A DNA stretch of 64,000 bases from the human T2T-CHM13v2.0 reference genome, Homo sapiens (GCF_009914755.1 NC_060939.1), one strand, 5' to 3'. Shown: positions 16,892 to 31,961, counted from the first letter of the stretch. Made by a program: numbers and translations. Notes: a model not told the origin generated them from the sequence alone.

Positions 16892-17706
16892 TTACTGCCT
16901 CTCATCCTTCTCTAAGATATTCAATCTCCCCTTTTCTTTACCCTCAGACTCCCAACATCCTCAACTTATGAAACAAACATCAATGGTCCTTCTACCCTGA
17001 CTCACTTTCAAGCTACCTTCATCATCAGCTAGACTTCTCCACCCGCTCCTCACATACTCACTTATTAAATGCATTTTGCCTGCAAATGGATTTGTGTTTT
17101 CACATTTGGCTGAGGCTGCTCTCAAACTCCCTCAGTGCCCTAACACTCCCACTCCCACAGGGAGTCTCAGTCTCAGTCTCCCGCCTCCTCTAAGCTTTCT
17201 GAGGCCTCTGACCCTGTTGAAGATGCTCCCCTTTTCAGCCTCCTCTCCCCTGGCTTCTGCAACCCCTCTCTCCTCCAGCCTTCCTCTGAGTCTCATCACC
17301 TCTCAGGCTCATTCACCGGCTTCTTTTCCTTCCCTCCAGTTGCAGGCCTTGGCCAGAGTTCCATCTTTATCCTTCTTGACTTTCTTTCTCCTTAGAAGGT
17401 CAAATCCATCTTAGAGGTGATGGCTCCCAAATCTGTATCTCTGACTCTATCTGAACTGTTGAGTGTTAGAGCTGAATTTATACTTGCTATGGATAGCCTG
17501 GACAAGTGAAAAGTCACCATATCCGCCCAAAACTAAACTCTCATTTTCCCCAAAAGAACTGCATCTCCTCTTACGTTCCCAATCTCAGTCAACATCACCA
17601 CTATCAGCCGCACAGCCTAGAAACATACACGTCAATGGTAATTCAGCCTCTTGCATTCTCTCATCCTAACAACCAAGAGTGGAGTCCATCCACCACATGA
17701 CTCTCA

Positions 17707-18055
<349 letters not shown>

Positions 18056-18183
18056 AACATGAATTTTGCTCTCAGATATGCTCAAGCTTGGTTTCCAACT
18101 CTGCCATGTCCTGACTGACAGCTTTGGTAGGCTACTGAATCTCTTAAGCCCAGTCTCTTCAACTGTGAAAATGGGGAGGTTGT

Positions 18184-18599
18184 CCAAATGTCCATCAATG
18201 ATAGACTGGACTAAGAAAATGTGGCACATATACACCATGGAATACTACGCAGCAATAAAAAAGGATGAGTTCATGTCCTTTGTAGGGACATGAATGAAGC
18301 TAAAAACCATCATTCTGAGCAAACTGTCGCAAGGACAGAAAACCAAACACCGCATGTTCTCACTCATAAGTGGGAATTGAACAATGAGAACACCTGGAGA
18401 CAGGGTGGGGAACATCACACACCGAGGCCTGTCGTGGGGTCGGGGGAGTGGGGAGGGAATAGCATTAGGAGATATACCTAATGTAAATGACGAGTTAATG
18501 GGTGCAGCACACCAACATGGCACATGTATACATATGTAACAAAGCTGCACATTGTGCACATGTACCCTAGAACTTAAAGTATAATAAAAAAAAGAAAAA
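18184..18599 (+). mobile_element. 5'-truncated L1PA (ORF2 end and 3'UTR) inserted into a MIR
   Basis: ORF2 C-terminal [31 protein letters not shown]1PA 3'UTR, poly(A), perfect 17-bp TSD GAAAATGGGGAGGTTGT (18167-18183, 18600-18616). Confidence 0.96.
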
Positions 18600-18737
18600 G
18601 AAAATGGGGAGGTTGTTGTGAGAGTTAAATGAGATATTGCATAGACAGCACTCTGCATAGTGACTCCAACCTACCAAGTTCTCATTAAATGATAGCTTAA
18701 TTGTGTCCTCATTTAACAACTATATATGAAAGACCTG

Positions 18738-19276
18738 CAAGGCGGGAGGATTGCTCAGGAGATCAAGACCAGCCTGAGCAACATAGTGCAACCCTATCTC
18801 TACAAAACATAAAAAATTAGCTGTGCATGGGCTGGGCGTGGTGGGTCACGCCTGTAATCCCAGCACTTTGGGAGGCCAAGGCGGGCGGATCACGAGGTCA
18901 GGAGATCGAGACCATCCTGGCTAACACAGTGAAACCCCATCTCTACTAAAAATACAAAAAATTAGCCTGGTGCCTGGCTGGTGCCTGTAGTCCCAGCTAC
19001 TCAGGAGGCTGAGGCAGGAGAATGGCGTGAACCTGAGAGGTGGAGCTTGCAGTGAGCTGAGATGCACTCTAGCCTGGGTGACAGAAGGAGACTCTGTCTT
19101 AAAAAAAAAAATTAGCTGTGTATGGTGGCATGTGCCTGCGGCCCCAGCTACTCAGGAGGTTGAGGTGGGAGGATCGCTTGTGCCCAGAGGTTGAGGCTGC
19201 AGTGAGCTATGATTGCACTGCACTGGAGTGTACTCCCTGAGTGACAGAGCAAGACCCTGTTCCAAAAAAAAAAAAA
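18738..19276 (+). mobile_element. AluJ-type element with a nested younger Alu (18830-19110)
   Basis: Inner AluY-like element flanked by duplicated AAAAAATTAGCTGTG. Confidence 0.93.
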
Positions 19277-19529
19277 TCTAACTCTCACCCCCAGTGAGAA
19301 GTCTGGAATCTTCCATATGTTTTCCTCTTTTACAGTATTACATATAACCCTAGAAGCTGCCTCAGATCCATTACAGAGCAAGGCAAGGTTTACATTATAT
19401 AAATCTGCTATATCAGCTTTCTCTCTCTATCCCTTCAGTTCTTGCCTGGAGTGTGACCAGTTCCTATGAGGTCTCTTTCCTTCCAATCTCCATACTACCC
19501 TTCATTACTATCTCTAAAATAATTTTCCT

Positions 19530-19834
19530 GGCTGGGTACAGTGGCTCACACCTGTAATCCCAGCACTTTGGGAGGCCGAAGCAGGCAGATCACTTCAGAT
19601 CAGGAGTTCAAGACCAGCCTGACCAACATGATGAAACCCCCTCTATACTAAAAATACAAAAATTAGCCGGTTGTGGTGGTACACACCTGTAATCCCAGCT
19701 ACTCGGGAGGCTGAGGCGCAAGAATCGCTTGAACCGGGAGGCAGAGGCTGCGGTGAGCCAAGTTCACACCACTGCACTCTAGCCTGGGCGACAGAGTGAG
19801 AGTCTGTCTCAAAAAAAAAAAAAAAAAAAAAAAA
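19530..19834 (+). mobile_element. Alu (AluS-type)
   Basis: Dimer with poly(A). Confidence 0.97.
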
Positions 19835-22800
19835 TCCTAAAACAAGCATTATTCTTCTCTTCAAAACTGAAAATGTTCCCTTACTGCCTACAGACTGAAG
19901 TCCATACAGTATAGTGCGCTCCTGCCACCCACCCCAAGTCACCTCTTCCTCTCCAAGCCCACTGCTTGATGCCCAGGTCAGGCCTCATTCTTCAACACCA
20001 GGACAAGCTGCTCCCCTGACCTCCAGCCTCACCTATGGCTGGCTCCCTGCCACTCACAGGATTAACTCCCAACACCTTAGCCCAAAGCTCTCTCCTTCAT
20101 GCCTATACCTTCCCAAGCCTTTCTCCACATTCACCTTCTACTCCACATTCTTTTCCATCTCCATGCCTATTATTAATAGCTAATGTAAATCAACATGTGT
20201 GTTTCATTCAATCCTTACAACAACCCTACAACATTGGTATAATACTATTATTATTCTCATTTCACAGATGAAGAAATGGAAGCTCAAAGAAGGTCAGCAC
20301 ATTGCTCCAGTCACACAGGCAGTGAATGGCCAGGCAAAGACTGGGTCCAAGGTCCCTGTTCTTGACCCGCATACTTCACTACTTCCCTTAGGCAACACTC
20401 TCTGCCTAAATGCCCTGTTCCTCATTTTGTCTGCCTGAGAAACCCCTCTTTATCCTTCAAGATTTAGCTTGGATGTCACCTCCTTCAGGAAGCCTTCTCT
20501 AACTTCGTACAGAGTTAAGCATCTATCTACGTTCATATTTCAATAACAGGCTTATTTCATTGCCCTAATTACCTGCTCACCAGCCATCTCCCTCAGGAAG
20601 GCAGGGACTCTGTCTTACGACCTGTCTTCCTGGTGTCTAGCCCAGAGAAGGTACTCAACATTCAGGTGATGGTCATTGGCCAAAGGATCAAGAAAGGTAA
20701 AAGAGCTGACGAACTGATGAAGGGTGATCAGAAAGGAATTCAGATCCATACGAGTAAGGATGGGAGTCCAGAGACATACAGGGACCCTGAAACTACTGAC
20801 TAGTCCACATGGCCCCTGGTACAACATCCTCCAATGCCCATCCATTGGGCAGTGTTTACGTGATGTCCAACTTCTCCACTAGCCTGTAAGCATCCTAGAG
20901 CCACCGATGTCCATCACTGTGTTCCGAGCACCCACGACAATGCCTGACACAGGTAGGTCACTGCTGAATGAATGAGTGAATGCATATACAAATAATCAAT
21001 GAGGAGCTCCCTGACCAGCAACACAAATCCCTAGTCTGATGCCACAATGGGGAGAAACCACTTAACTTTGTCCACACTTGCACCTCCCTGTAAAAGCAAC
21101 GAGTTGGCAGACCGGTTTTCTTGTTGATATACATGGGTCAGCTCATTCTCCCGGCCTTCCCGATCCTCTGGCTGGCGACATTCCTCCACCCACACCACCT
21201 GAGAGGCTTAGCAATATGAGGCAACATTTCACAGGGTAAGCCTCGGATTGCCTGAGTCACCTGATGACTGGAAGCCAACTCTGGCACTGCTCAGGACTGG
21301 GAGCAGAGTGACTGGGTCGTCTGGAAGGCAGCCACACAGTGGCTGAAGACTCAGAGAGTGCCCAAGGGGATTAAGGATGAGGGAATGGAAGCACATGTCA
21401 TCCCCAACCACCTAACTCCAGACGGTGCCCAAAGGGCCAACTTCCCACCCAAAGAAGAAATGATGGCAGTGGTAATGATAATGATGATAAACTTGGCCAT
21501 CATTTACTATTTATGTGTCCGGCATTGTGCTAAATGCTCTATACACATTTTCTATTTAATCACCTCAATCATTTAATAGATGAGGACAGTAAAGCTTAGA
21601 GAGAGAAAATATGTCATCTAAGCTCACACAGCCAGTGAGGGTGAGGAGGGCTGGGGCTTGAGCTGTATGTGCTTAACCAGCCTTCCCAGCTCCCACAACC
21701 AACGGTGCTCCATGACAATGCAGCTGAGACAGCTGAGTCTACGCTCAGTCCACTTGGAGGAGTTAGAGAGCTCTTCCTCATACCAAGTGAGCTGAAATAT
21801 GTCTTGATGCCACCTCCACTGGGAGCTCCTTTTCCTTGTCTTTGGAGCATCCTGGAAGAGGCTCCATTCCTTTTCCCCATGAGGACTCTCTCTGTCACCA
21901 GCTCCCACAGGACACAAGCTAAAACAACTCTTCGTTTTTCCATTTATCTAAAAACTCCAATTAAAAGCTTTCCCAATTAGAGATCCCAAAAAGGATCCAT
22001 TGCCCAGGCAGTGGGGTCTGCAATATTCCTCACTCATCAGGTCCCTGTGGATACCGCCCACCCCATAACCCACAGACAAGATTACCCGCAGAACAAAAGG
22101 AGGACTAAAGGCAGACTGGACTTGGCCTGCCCCTCACTGGTGATCTGGACAGAGATTTCCCCAGGCAGGGCAAAGAAAGGGGCCTCCTAGAGCCCCTGCA
22201 TAGCTGGGACCCGCCCTCACTTCGGCCCTCCTTTGACTGGGAGCCACTTGTGTACTCAAGAGCTTCTTTTTAATACACGGCTCTCACCCTGACTCCTCTG
22301 GCTAGTGGCAAAGCCTCATCCTAAGCTTGTCTGCACAGGGGTGGGGACTCTACCATCTCCAATTCCTCAGAGGAATAATAATAAGACTATCAACCAGGCT
22401 TATGAATAAAAATTTTTTTTTTAAATCTCTCTAGTCTTTGACAAATGTCTAAATGTGTTCCCCACAAGCATATTTTTATTCTAACAAGCTAATTTGAAAT
22501 ATAATTTAAATAAATTCTACCAGAATGATACCATATGACTAACAGCACCCCGGTGGCAGAACTACTGGAGTCTTCATCATGCATTCAGAGGCTCCCATCC
22601 TGCCGTTCTTCCCACACAAAACGCACCCCGCTAGGAAACTGGATCATGATGCCAGCTCTCACCTCCAAACCTATAAATACGACTTGGGGGCAGTCTGTGT
22701 GCACAATACCTAGAAAATGCAGACACATAACAAGCAGTGCTTAAAAGACCAGTGGATCAAAACCAATGCAAATTAGAAGCTTTATGCCCCAATTCCTCAC

Positions 22801-24058
22801 AATGCTTCTTTTTGCTCAATTTATTTTCACCCTGGGGGGAAAAAACAAAGTCTAACTCTCAAGATCTATAAAGTCAGGACTTGATACACCACAGATTTCT
22901 AACATTCAGAAAAATGCCTTTTCTCTATTGTAAATATGCTATTTGACTGCTGTTCACGTTTGACAAAGGTGAAGAAGGTTTTTCTTGTCAAATGGAAAAG
23001 GGGTCCCTGCCCTCAGCCCCACCCCGTGTATCAAAGAGAAGTTCTTTATCCAAAGGTTTTAGATGTTTGTGCAGGCTGTGGTGACATTTCAGTGGATTTG
23101 CCCACGGTTTTTTTTTTTTAAATTTTTAATTTCCCTTCATACTAAAACAGGAAATATAATGTCCTTCCTTTTGTATACATCCCTGCCAACTGGCTCACTG
23201 GGGGAATTCTCTTTGAAGGAGGGGGTGTGATATACACCAAAGAACCTTCAAAGCAGAAGGGGGCCTTCGAGGTATGGGCATGGGTGCTTCCTGCTTGCAA
23301 AGAGCCTTCTCATCCAAGTCTTAAAGCAGAATTACTCGGCCCTGATATTTCCAAACAAGGAGAAACAATTTGAGCAGCTGGGTCTCGGTCCACCAACCAA
23401 CCTTAGCAACAACGATGAATCCTTGATGTTCTTACCAAGATTCACTAAGGAGCCGTGACTCACCCAAATGACACAGGCACTGCAAATTACCCAATGTTAA
23501 TTGTGATCTTGGTCTCCTCTACCATTTCTTTCCTTCAGTAATTCATTTAAAGCAAACAACTGCTTTAAGAAATTGTTAAAATGTCTTAAAAAAAAAAAAA
23601 AAAAGAGCCTGTCTTGTTCCAGAAAGGATTTAAATAGGTTTACAAAGATGTATAAGATTTAGCAAAATGACAAATTAGAAGTAGGTGTGGATTTAAATGA
23701 TGAGGTATTTTTATAGTTATTGGCATGTAAAGATGTCCACTCAAGATATTTTAAGTTGGAAAAATTATGTTACAAGACAGATGTATAAAATGATTGCATT
23801 TTGTTAAAAATAGACTTGCTCTATGTAGACATACATCTAGACACACACAGACATATATACATGGAAAAAAGTACAAAGGTCGCAGACATTGAAATGCTGA
23901 TGGAGGTTATCCCTAAGACGTGGGATGACAAGTAATTTTCACTTCCTTCTTTATGCTGTTATTTTTCAGTATAAACATGTAGTTTTTTTATAATTAGAAA
24001 AAAGCAAAGCTATTTTCCTTTTGTTAAAAAAAAAAGAAAAAGAAAAAAAGTGGTAGAT

Positions 24059-24578
<520 letters not shown>

Positions 24579-26149
24579 TCAGCAGAATTACTTGGCCCTG
24601 ATATTTCCAGCGAACTGTGCGAGCAGCAAACATGCCTTTATTCTTTCCTAACAACACTTGGACCAGAAACTTCAGGGCAGTTTCCAACGAGAATGATGGC
24701 ATCTTCCCAAAGTAAAAGTCAACCCAAAGACTGGTCTGGCCATTGCTACCTCCCTGACCTCTTCACCTTCGTGCTCTCTCTGGCTCACTCTGCTCCAGCC
24801 ATACTAGCTTCCTTACTATTTCTTGAACAAGCCAGGCATGCCCCTGCCTCAGGGCCTTTACACCTGCTGTTCGCACTATTCACACTGCCAGGAACACTTC
24901 CCTCAGACACCTCCATGGCTCACTCTCCTCCTTCTTTCAGCTCTTTAATGCCTCCTTCTCAGTGAAGTCTTCTAACTGGATCCCCATCTAAAATCTCTAT
25001 CCTACTGCAACATCCTCTAGTCCCCTTCCTTATCCTATTGCTATGTAATAAACTGTGTATTTTATTAAAAAAACAAAAACAAAGAAAGTCAACCAAAAGA
25101 GAATATTCATTCACACCTATTTACACACTCATTCAATATCTACTTATTTAGTGCCTACTCCATTCCAAATTCTGTGTATTCTTCCAGTTCGGATACTAAG
25201 AGGGATGGCTGTGTAACCATCAGTGTACCACAGCATCTGTCCTCCCCACAATGTACCACGGCATCTTTCCTCAATTCCCCAAATAGATGGGCACCCCTCC
25301 ACCACCACCTGTGATACCCAAAGGACTATAACATTGTGTTTACTCTCACAGCATTTCACATATAAAGCTGGTACTTGTGTATGTAGTTTATCTCCCTTTT
25401 CAAAATATAAGCTCCCCAAGGGCAGGAACTAACTAGTGGGTCTGCTCATCTCTGGATCCCTACAGCACTTGCCAACTGCCTTACCAATGTACAGACTGAA
25501 GGAATATTAGAAAGTGAAGTTTAACAAACCCACAGGACCAAGAGAAGACAAACTCACCTCAACATATCTGAAAGACTGTATCTATTGCAGTCAACTCAAA
25601 CCCCAAAGAACAGCCCTATAATTTGTTGGAACTACAGAGTCTGGTGTGATTCAGAGGGAATGGAAAATTAAAGAAGGAATGAATGAACATCAAAAGAAAG
25701 TAAATCGGTATAGAGTACCAAAAGGCAGCCTGAGGTGTTAGATAACCAAGATTGTGGCACCTGTACATGGCAAGGTAATCTTGGCTGAACAAAATAAGTG
25801 AGTGTAAAATGAAGCCAAACAGTAATACAGTAGATCTTATTTGTAAACACTGACAAAATCAGCTAAAAGTCACAACAGTAGACAAGCTGGCTTTTCTGTT
25901 AGTCTTTTGCAGGAGAGTAAAAAGGTAATTTACAACTCCAGTACTCAAATGACAGCAGACGGCCCGAAAATTAACCCACATCACAATGAAAGCTAAATGG
26001 CTTGCTTTAATGTTAAAAGAAAGCTGCATCCAAATGTGATCTCTTTCTCTCTTGGCCCTTGCAACTCCCAATTAAGCAAGCTATATAAAAGTTAACCCAA
26101 AAATTATCACAGCTTCCAGGCCAGCATCCAAGCAAGGCTGCCCACAACA

Positions 26150-28080
<1,931 letters not shown>

Positions 28081-28092
28081 GAGCAACTAAAG

Positions 28093-28266
28093 CTATGCTA
28101 TCCAATATGGTGGCCACTAGCTACATGTGGCTATTTAAATTTAGATTAAGTTAAAAATTCAGGTCCTCAGTCTCAACAACCACATTTCAAGTGTCCAATA
28201 ACCACATGTGCTGGTGGCTGCCACGCAGATACAGAACATTTCCAGCAGTGCAGAAAGTTCTGTTGG
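28093..28266. mobile_element. MER3-like hAT DNA transposon
   Basis: tccaatatggtggccactagctacatgtggcta...cacatttcaagtg...cagaaagttctgttgg. Confidence 0.8.
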
Positions 28267-30379
28267 TCAGATGTATGCTCCTATACTGATGGAGAAGACC
28301 CCGGAGAGAAAGGTGGTTAGGAAGGAGAGACAATCTCTGAAAAGATGGGAGGAGGAAGGGATGGAATGGAGGCTACCCCAGAAGAAGGGGCCCCTAGTAG
28401 GAAGAGATGAGGGACAGGTCATCCAGCACAGCAGGCAGGTAGGAGAAGGTAGCAGCAGCTGCATACTAGACTAGGTGGTGGCAAAATGAAGACATTCCCT
28501 TGGTCAAAGGTGCCTATCTTGTCAATTGAAAGGGAAGCCACGGGGTGTGCCTAGGAAGGGGAGAGGTCTGGAAAGGGGAATAGGTATGAAATAGTTGCCT
28601 TAGGGAGTAAGAACACAAACTCACTGGAGAGGCCACACTTAACACAGAACACTTCGCAGAAGAGAAGTGGAAAATGGTAGTGAACATTTGAGGGAGGAGA
28701 AGCATCTCAAGTTGGGGGGAGGTAAACTCAGATAGTTTGTTTTTTTTTCCCTTAAATCCTAGTCCTGTCTACACAGCAGAGCCATGACGAAGCTGTAGGA
28801 TCGCAGCAAGGTTTTCTACTAGCTGCCCTTTCAAAAAGTTCTTCCCCCTCCATCCTACACAACTCTCAGAAAGGATGACATTGGTTCTATTTTCAGTTAA
28901 AACGGCTCCCTCCACCCTCCTGTCTGAATTGCTTCCCCAGCCCTTAGCTGCATCTCAATTTACGACCATGGCTTGTATTTTCACATAAATAATAGAAGAC
29001 ATGGATCTATTAAAAATGGCAGAGGTAGGTAGGAGTTACAAACCAGCCTTTATCTACGAGAAGTGAGTAATATATACATTTATCGAATGATGTTAAAATT
29101 ACATGAAAGACATATTCTGTGTTTAAACAAAATCCCCAAGCGTCTCCTCCCTGCTTCTCCACAAACAAAAATTATTTTTTGACATTTTCTTTAAGGTTTT
29201 ATGAGTGAGTAAACATTTTCATTTCCACAGAACTATTTGATCTCAACCACAGAGTTTCAGTACTTGTTTTTGATCACACAAGTACGGTGGATTGGTTTTG
29301 TGTTGGCCAGGGGGAGGGAGGGCCAGAAAGAGAGTTAAAATTACCGGATCCCTTTTATCTTCCATTCTGAGACCTTACATTTGCCAACTCCTTTTTCCCT
29401 GTACATTTTTTTAAAGTATGAAATCTGAGAACCTCAAAGGCTCTCACTGCTCAAAGATCAGCCTTTTCACAGTCCACTGAGGACTCACTGGAAATGTTAC
29501 AGAAATACGGCCTGCCAACTTGGGTGCCTCTGGGTAAAATCACCCACAGTTGCTGTTCATGTGAAATCTCCTAAATGTAAGCACACTTCTTCAGCCCTCG
29601 CTGCTCATCTCGCCTCCTCCTCTCTGTCACCCACCTCTGTCATGTCCAGTTCATGTTGGCCCACAGCCCTCACACTTCCATTCCTCAAAATTCCTCTTGG
29701 CCTGCCTCTGATCCCCTCACACACTCTGCAGCTCCCATGGCTAAGACTCACCAGGCAAAATGACTCCAGAAACTTAACCTGGAGTACGGTGCAAGAAAGC
29801 CACTGACCCAGGGGGGCTGAGCCAGGGCACCAGGACAATCTTGCTCCTTCCACTGCACTCTTGCCTTCCCAGGCCCCACCCATCCCAAACAGGAAAGCAA
29901 GATCTCTAGACCCTTGGAGCAGAAGCATTTGAGTCCTGCGAAGGGCTGTTGGAAGAATGCTGGGTTCAGCAGCAGGGAACAGAGAGATTTAGGAATTCTG
30001 GTTCACTTACCCGCCTCCATGCCCACGTCAGGCAGTGGCAAGGCCACCCCTGCTACACAAATGCTCATCAACTACACAGCCTGGGGGAAGTCACCGAACC
30101 ACTTTGTGCCTCAGTTTCCTCATCTGTAAAGTGGACATAAGTGTCCCCTGAATACGTATGGCAAACCGTCAACGTGTGCCCAAATAGAGTGAGCAGATGT
30201 AAGGAGTTATTGTGCTATTAGCACAGTGGCTCCCAGACTCACAGAGCCTACTGCTCAGAGAGACGCCGAGGGGAAAGCTTAAATTACTTTATATACTCAG
30301 AAGCATTAGTCACTTCGACAGAGTATTTCAACTTCCCTCCTGAGCATCTACTCAGTTGTTTCAAAGACTGAAGCCTCAC

Positions 30380-30414
30380 CTAGGTTCCTTATAGACTTCC
30401 ATCATCTTCAGCAT
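30380..30414 (-). CDS. HOMER2: Candidate alternative first coding exon, MLKMMEVYKEP-R (phase-2 donor)
   Basis: Minus strand GAG ATG CTG AAG ATG ATG GAA GTC TAT AAG GAA CCT AG|GTGAGG. Three in-frame ATGs and the same donor phase as the canonical exon 1. Confidence 0.55.
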
Positions 30415-30900
30415 CTCAAAGCAGATCCAAAGTCCACTATTCCTACGCTGGAGGTTTATTATTATTTGATTATTTCCAGGAAAACTTCGATTTCCATTTT
30501 GCTTGTAATAAATCCAAACGTGGAGAACGACAAACTGCTTAGACTCACACAGGCCCTGGAGTTGACTGCGCCCAGGGGCGAAGAGACCGCGGAATGGCCG
30601 AGGCAGGAGGCCGGCCAGGGCACCGGTCCCCGTCAGGTGCCCCCGTGCCCGGGCTGTATGGGAGGGGAAGGGCCACGGGCTCCGCGCCCAGGCCAGGGTG
30701 CCCCTGCTGGGTGTCCGCGTGCCCCGGCGGAGGGCGCGGGTCAGGTGGCCCCAGACTCCCGGGCGCAGAGTGTGCGCTCGCTCCGGCTTGGGGAGGCGGG
30801 GGCCGGCCCGCCGGGAGGCTCCGAGCCCGGTTACGCCAGCCGCGGCCCCGCAGTCCCTCCGGAGGGGCGCGCGGAGAGCGCGCGGCGCGGGCTCACTCAC

Positions 30901-30905
30901 CCCAT
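30901..30905 (-). CDS. HOMER2: HOMER2 coding part of exon 1 (ATG GG, Met-Gly, phase-2 donor)
   Basis: Minus strand reads GCGCCGGAG ATG GG|GTGAGTGAGC: good Kozak context (G at -3 and +4) followed by a strong donor. The Homer family has a 'MG|EQPIF' exon-1 structure and the GC-rich 5'UTR matches my recollection of HOMER2 mRNA. Gene identity is from recognition, not a database search. Confidence 0.88.
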
Positions 30906-31014
30906 CTCCGGCGCTGCTCCGGCGGCCGCTCCGACGGGGCCTCTCGCGCTCGCTCTCCGCCCGCTCGGCAGCCGCTCCCCGCGCGGCACATGCGGCGGCC
31001 CGTGCGCGCCCGGC

Positions 31015-31035
31015 TCAGCCCCGGCGCCGCTCCAT
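31015..31035 (-). other. uORF1 in HOMER2 5'UTR (MERRRG*)
   Basis: GGA ATG GAG CGG CGC CGG GGC TGA, with G at -3 and +4. Confidence 0.6.
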
Positions 31036-31167
31036 TCCGCGGGGCTGCGCGGCTGCCACTGCTGCCACTGCCGCCACCGCCGCCAGGCGCGGGCGGGCGG
31101 GGGCTGGGCGGCCGCGCTGGGGCGGTGCCCGCCCCGCCCTCCCCAGCCGCTACCCCCGCCCGGCTCC

Positions 31168-31175
31168 TTACGTAA
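31168..31175. promoter_or_regulatory. Palindromic TTACGTAA PAR-bZIP/NFIL3 (D-box-type) motif
   Basis: GGTTACGTAAGG on the minus strand, near the RTTAYGTAAY consensus; an AT-rich word isolated in GC-rich promoter DNA. Confidence 0.55.
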
Positions 31176-31311
31176 CCTCGTGGCCCCCGGGCCGCGGCAG
31201 CGAGCCAAGAGGCGGGGGGCGCAGCACTGTGTGCACCGTCCCCCGCGCAGCCGCGCAGTCGCCGCTTTTCTCCCGGGCCACCCAGTCCTCGGTGCCGGCC
31301 CCGCGTTGGCG

Positions 31312-31320
31312 CGCCCCCGC
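31312..31320 (-). promoter_or_regulatory. EGR-family consensus site (GCGGGGGCG)
   Basis: CGCCCCCGC on the plus strand. Exact match, but such words are common in CpG islands. Confidence 0.35.
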
Positions 31321-31414
31321 CCCACGCCGACCCGGGGCCCTGGCGCAGTGCCATCAACATCCTGCCTGATGGACTTAAAGTCCCATTCACACCTGGCGGG
31401 GACTTTAGGGCTAC

Positions 31415-31480
31415 CTTTACTTTGCAGATAAGGGAACCGAGGCCTGGGGAGGGTAAGTGATTTGCCCAAGGTCACACATT
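31415..31480. mobile_element. MIR core fragment at the promoter edge
   Basis: ttgcagataagggaaccgaggc...gtaagtgatttgcccaaggtcacac. Confidence 0.8.
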
Positions 31481-31961
31481 CAGATTAGAGTTCGTTCGGG
31501 TCTCCAGAGTCTGAGATGGGCATAGCTGTGCTCCTCCTTAAAGCCCACCTTCATCTTCCTGCCAGTTGCCCGGCCGAGTGGCCTTAAGGTACCCGCCACC
31601 GTGAAATTTCGGAAGCCAGCCTGGCAGAGAAGAGCCTACAGGCCGCGGCAGATGCTCTGGGCTCTTTCCTGGATAAAAATGAGATGAGGGCTCCCACTTG
31701 AAGGGGCAGTTTTAAGGCGGCTTCATCAAGCTTGGTTTTATCCTTAGAGCGAGGGGAATTAGGATGGCAAAAGTAGAACTTGAAGAAGAGCAGGCTCTCT
31801 TCGTCGCCTTTCTACCTATCAGGTCCTGAGTTTCTACCAAAGGCTGGCACTGGGACTAACCTAACCTTCATCCCCCGGGACTTCCACGGGATCATCTTCT
31901 GCTGGGAACACACCGCCCACATAAGCCTGGCATCTCAGGACAGTAAAAAAGTCAAGGGACA

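Larger units (their letters stand above)
30901..31090 (-). other. HOMER2: HOMER2 exon 1 (5'UTR plus start codon); TSS approximate
   Basis: GC-rich UTR inside the CpG island ending at the GT donor (intron starts at 30900). The 5' end is estimated from GC-box positions. Confidence 0.75.
30560..31350. promoter_or_regulatory. CpG island / HOMER2 promoter
   Basis: Very high GC and CpG density against CpG-depleted flanks, multiple GC boxes (GGGCGG/CCGCCC at ~31091-31160), no TATA box seen. Confidence 0.95.

Noticed and set aside
30906-31090. 5'UTR open in frame with the main ATG (possible non-AUG N-terminal extension)
   Set aside because: No in-frame ATG, and the CTG/GTG codons are not in convincing context; openness is expected from GC content.
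30466-31431. Long overlapping ORFs across the CpG island (321, 223, 193, 192, 174 and 165 aa)
   Set aside because: They are open in nearly all frames because GC-rich DNA lacks stop codons. The products are low-complexity Pro/Ala/Arg/Gly with no domain, and most start at non-ATG codons. Only the MG and MLKMMEVYKEPR ends coincide with splice donors.
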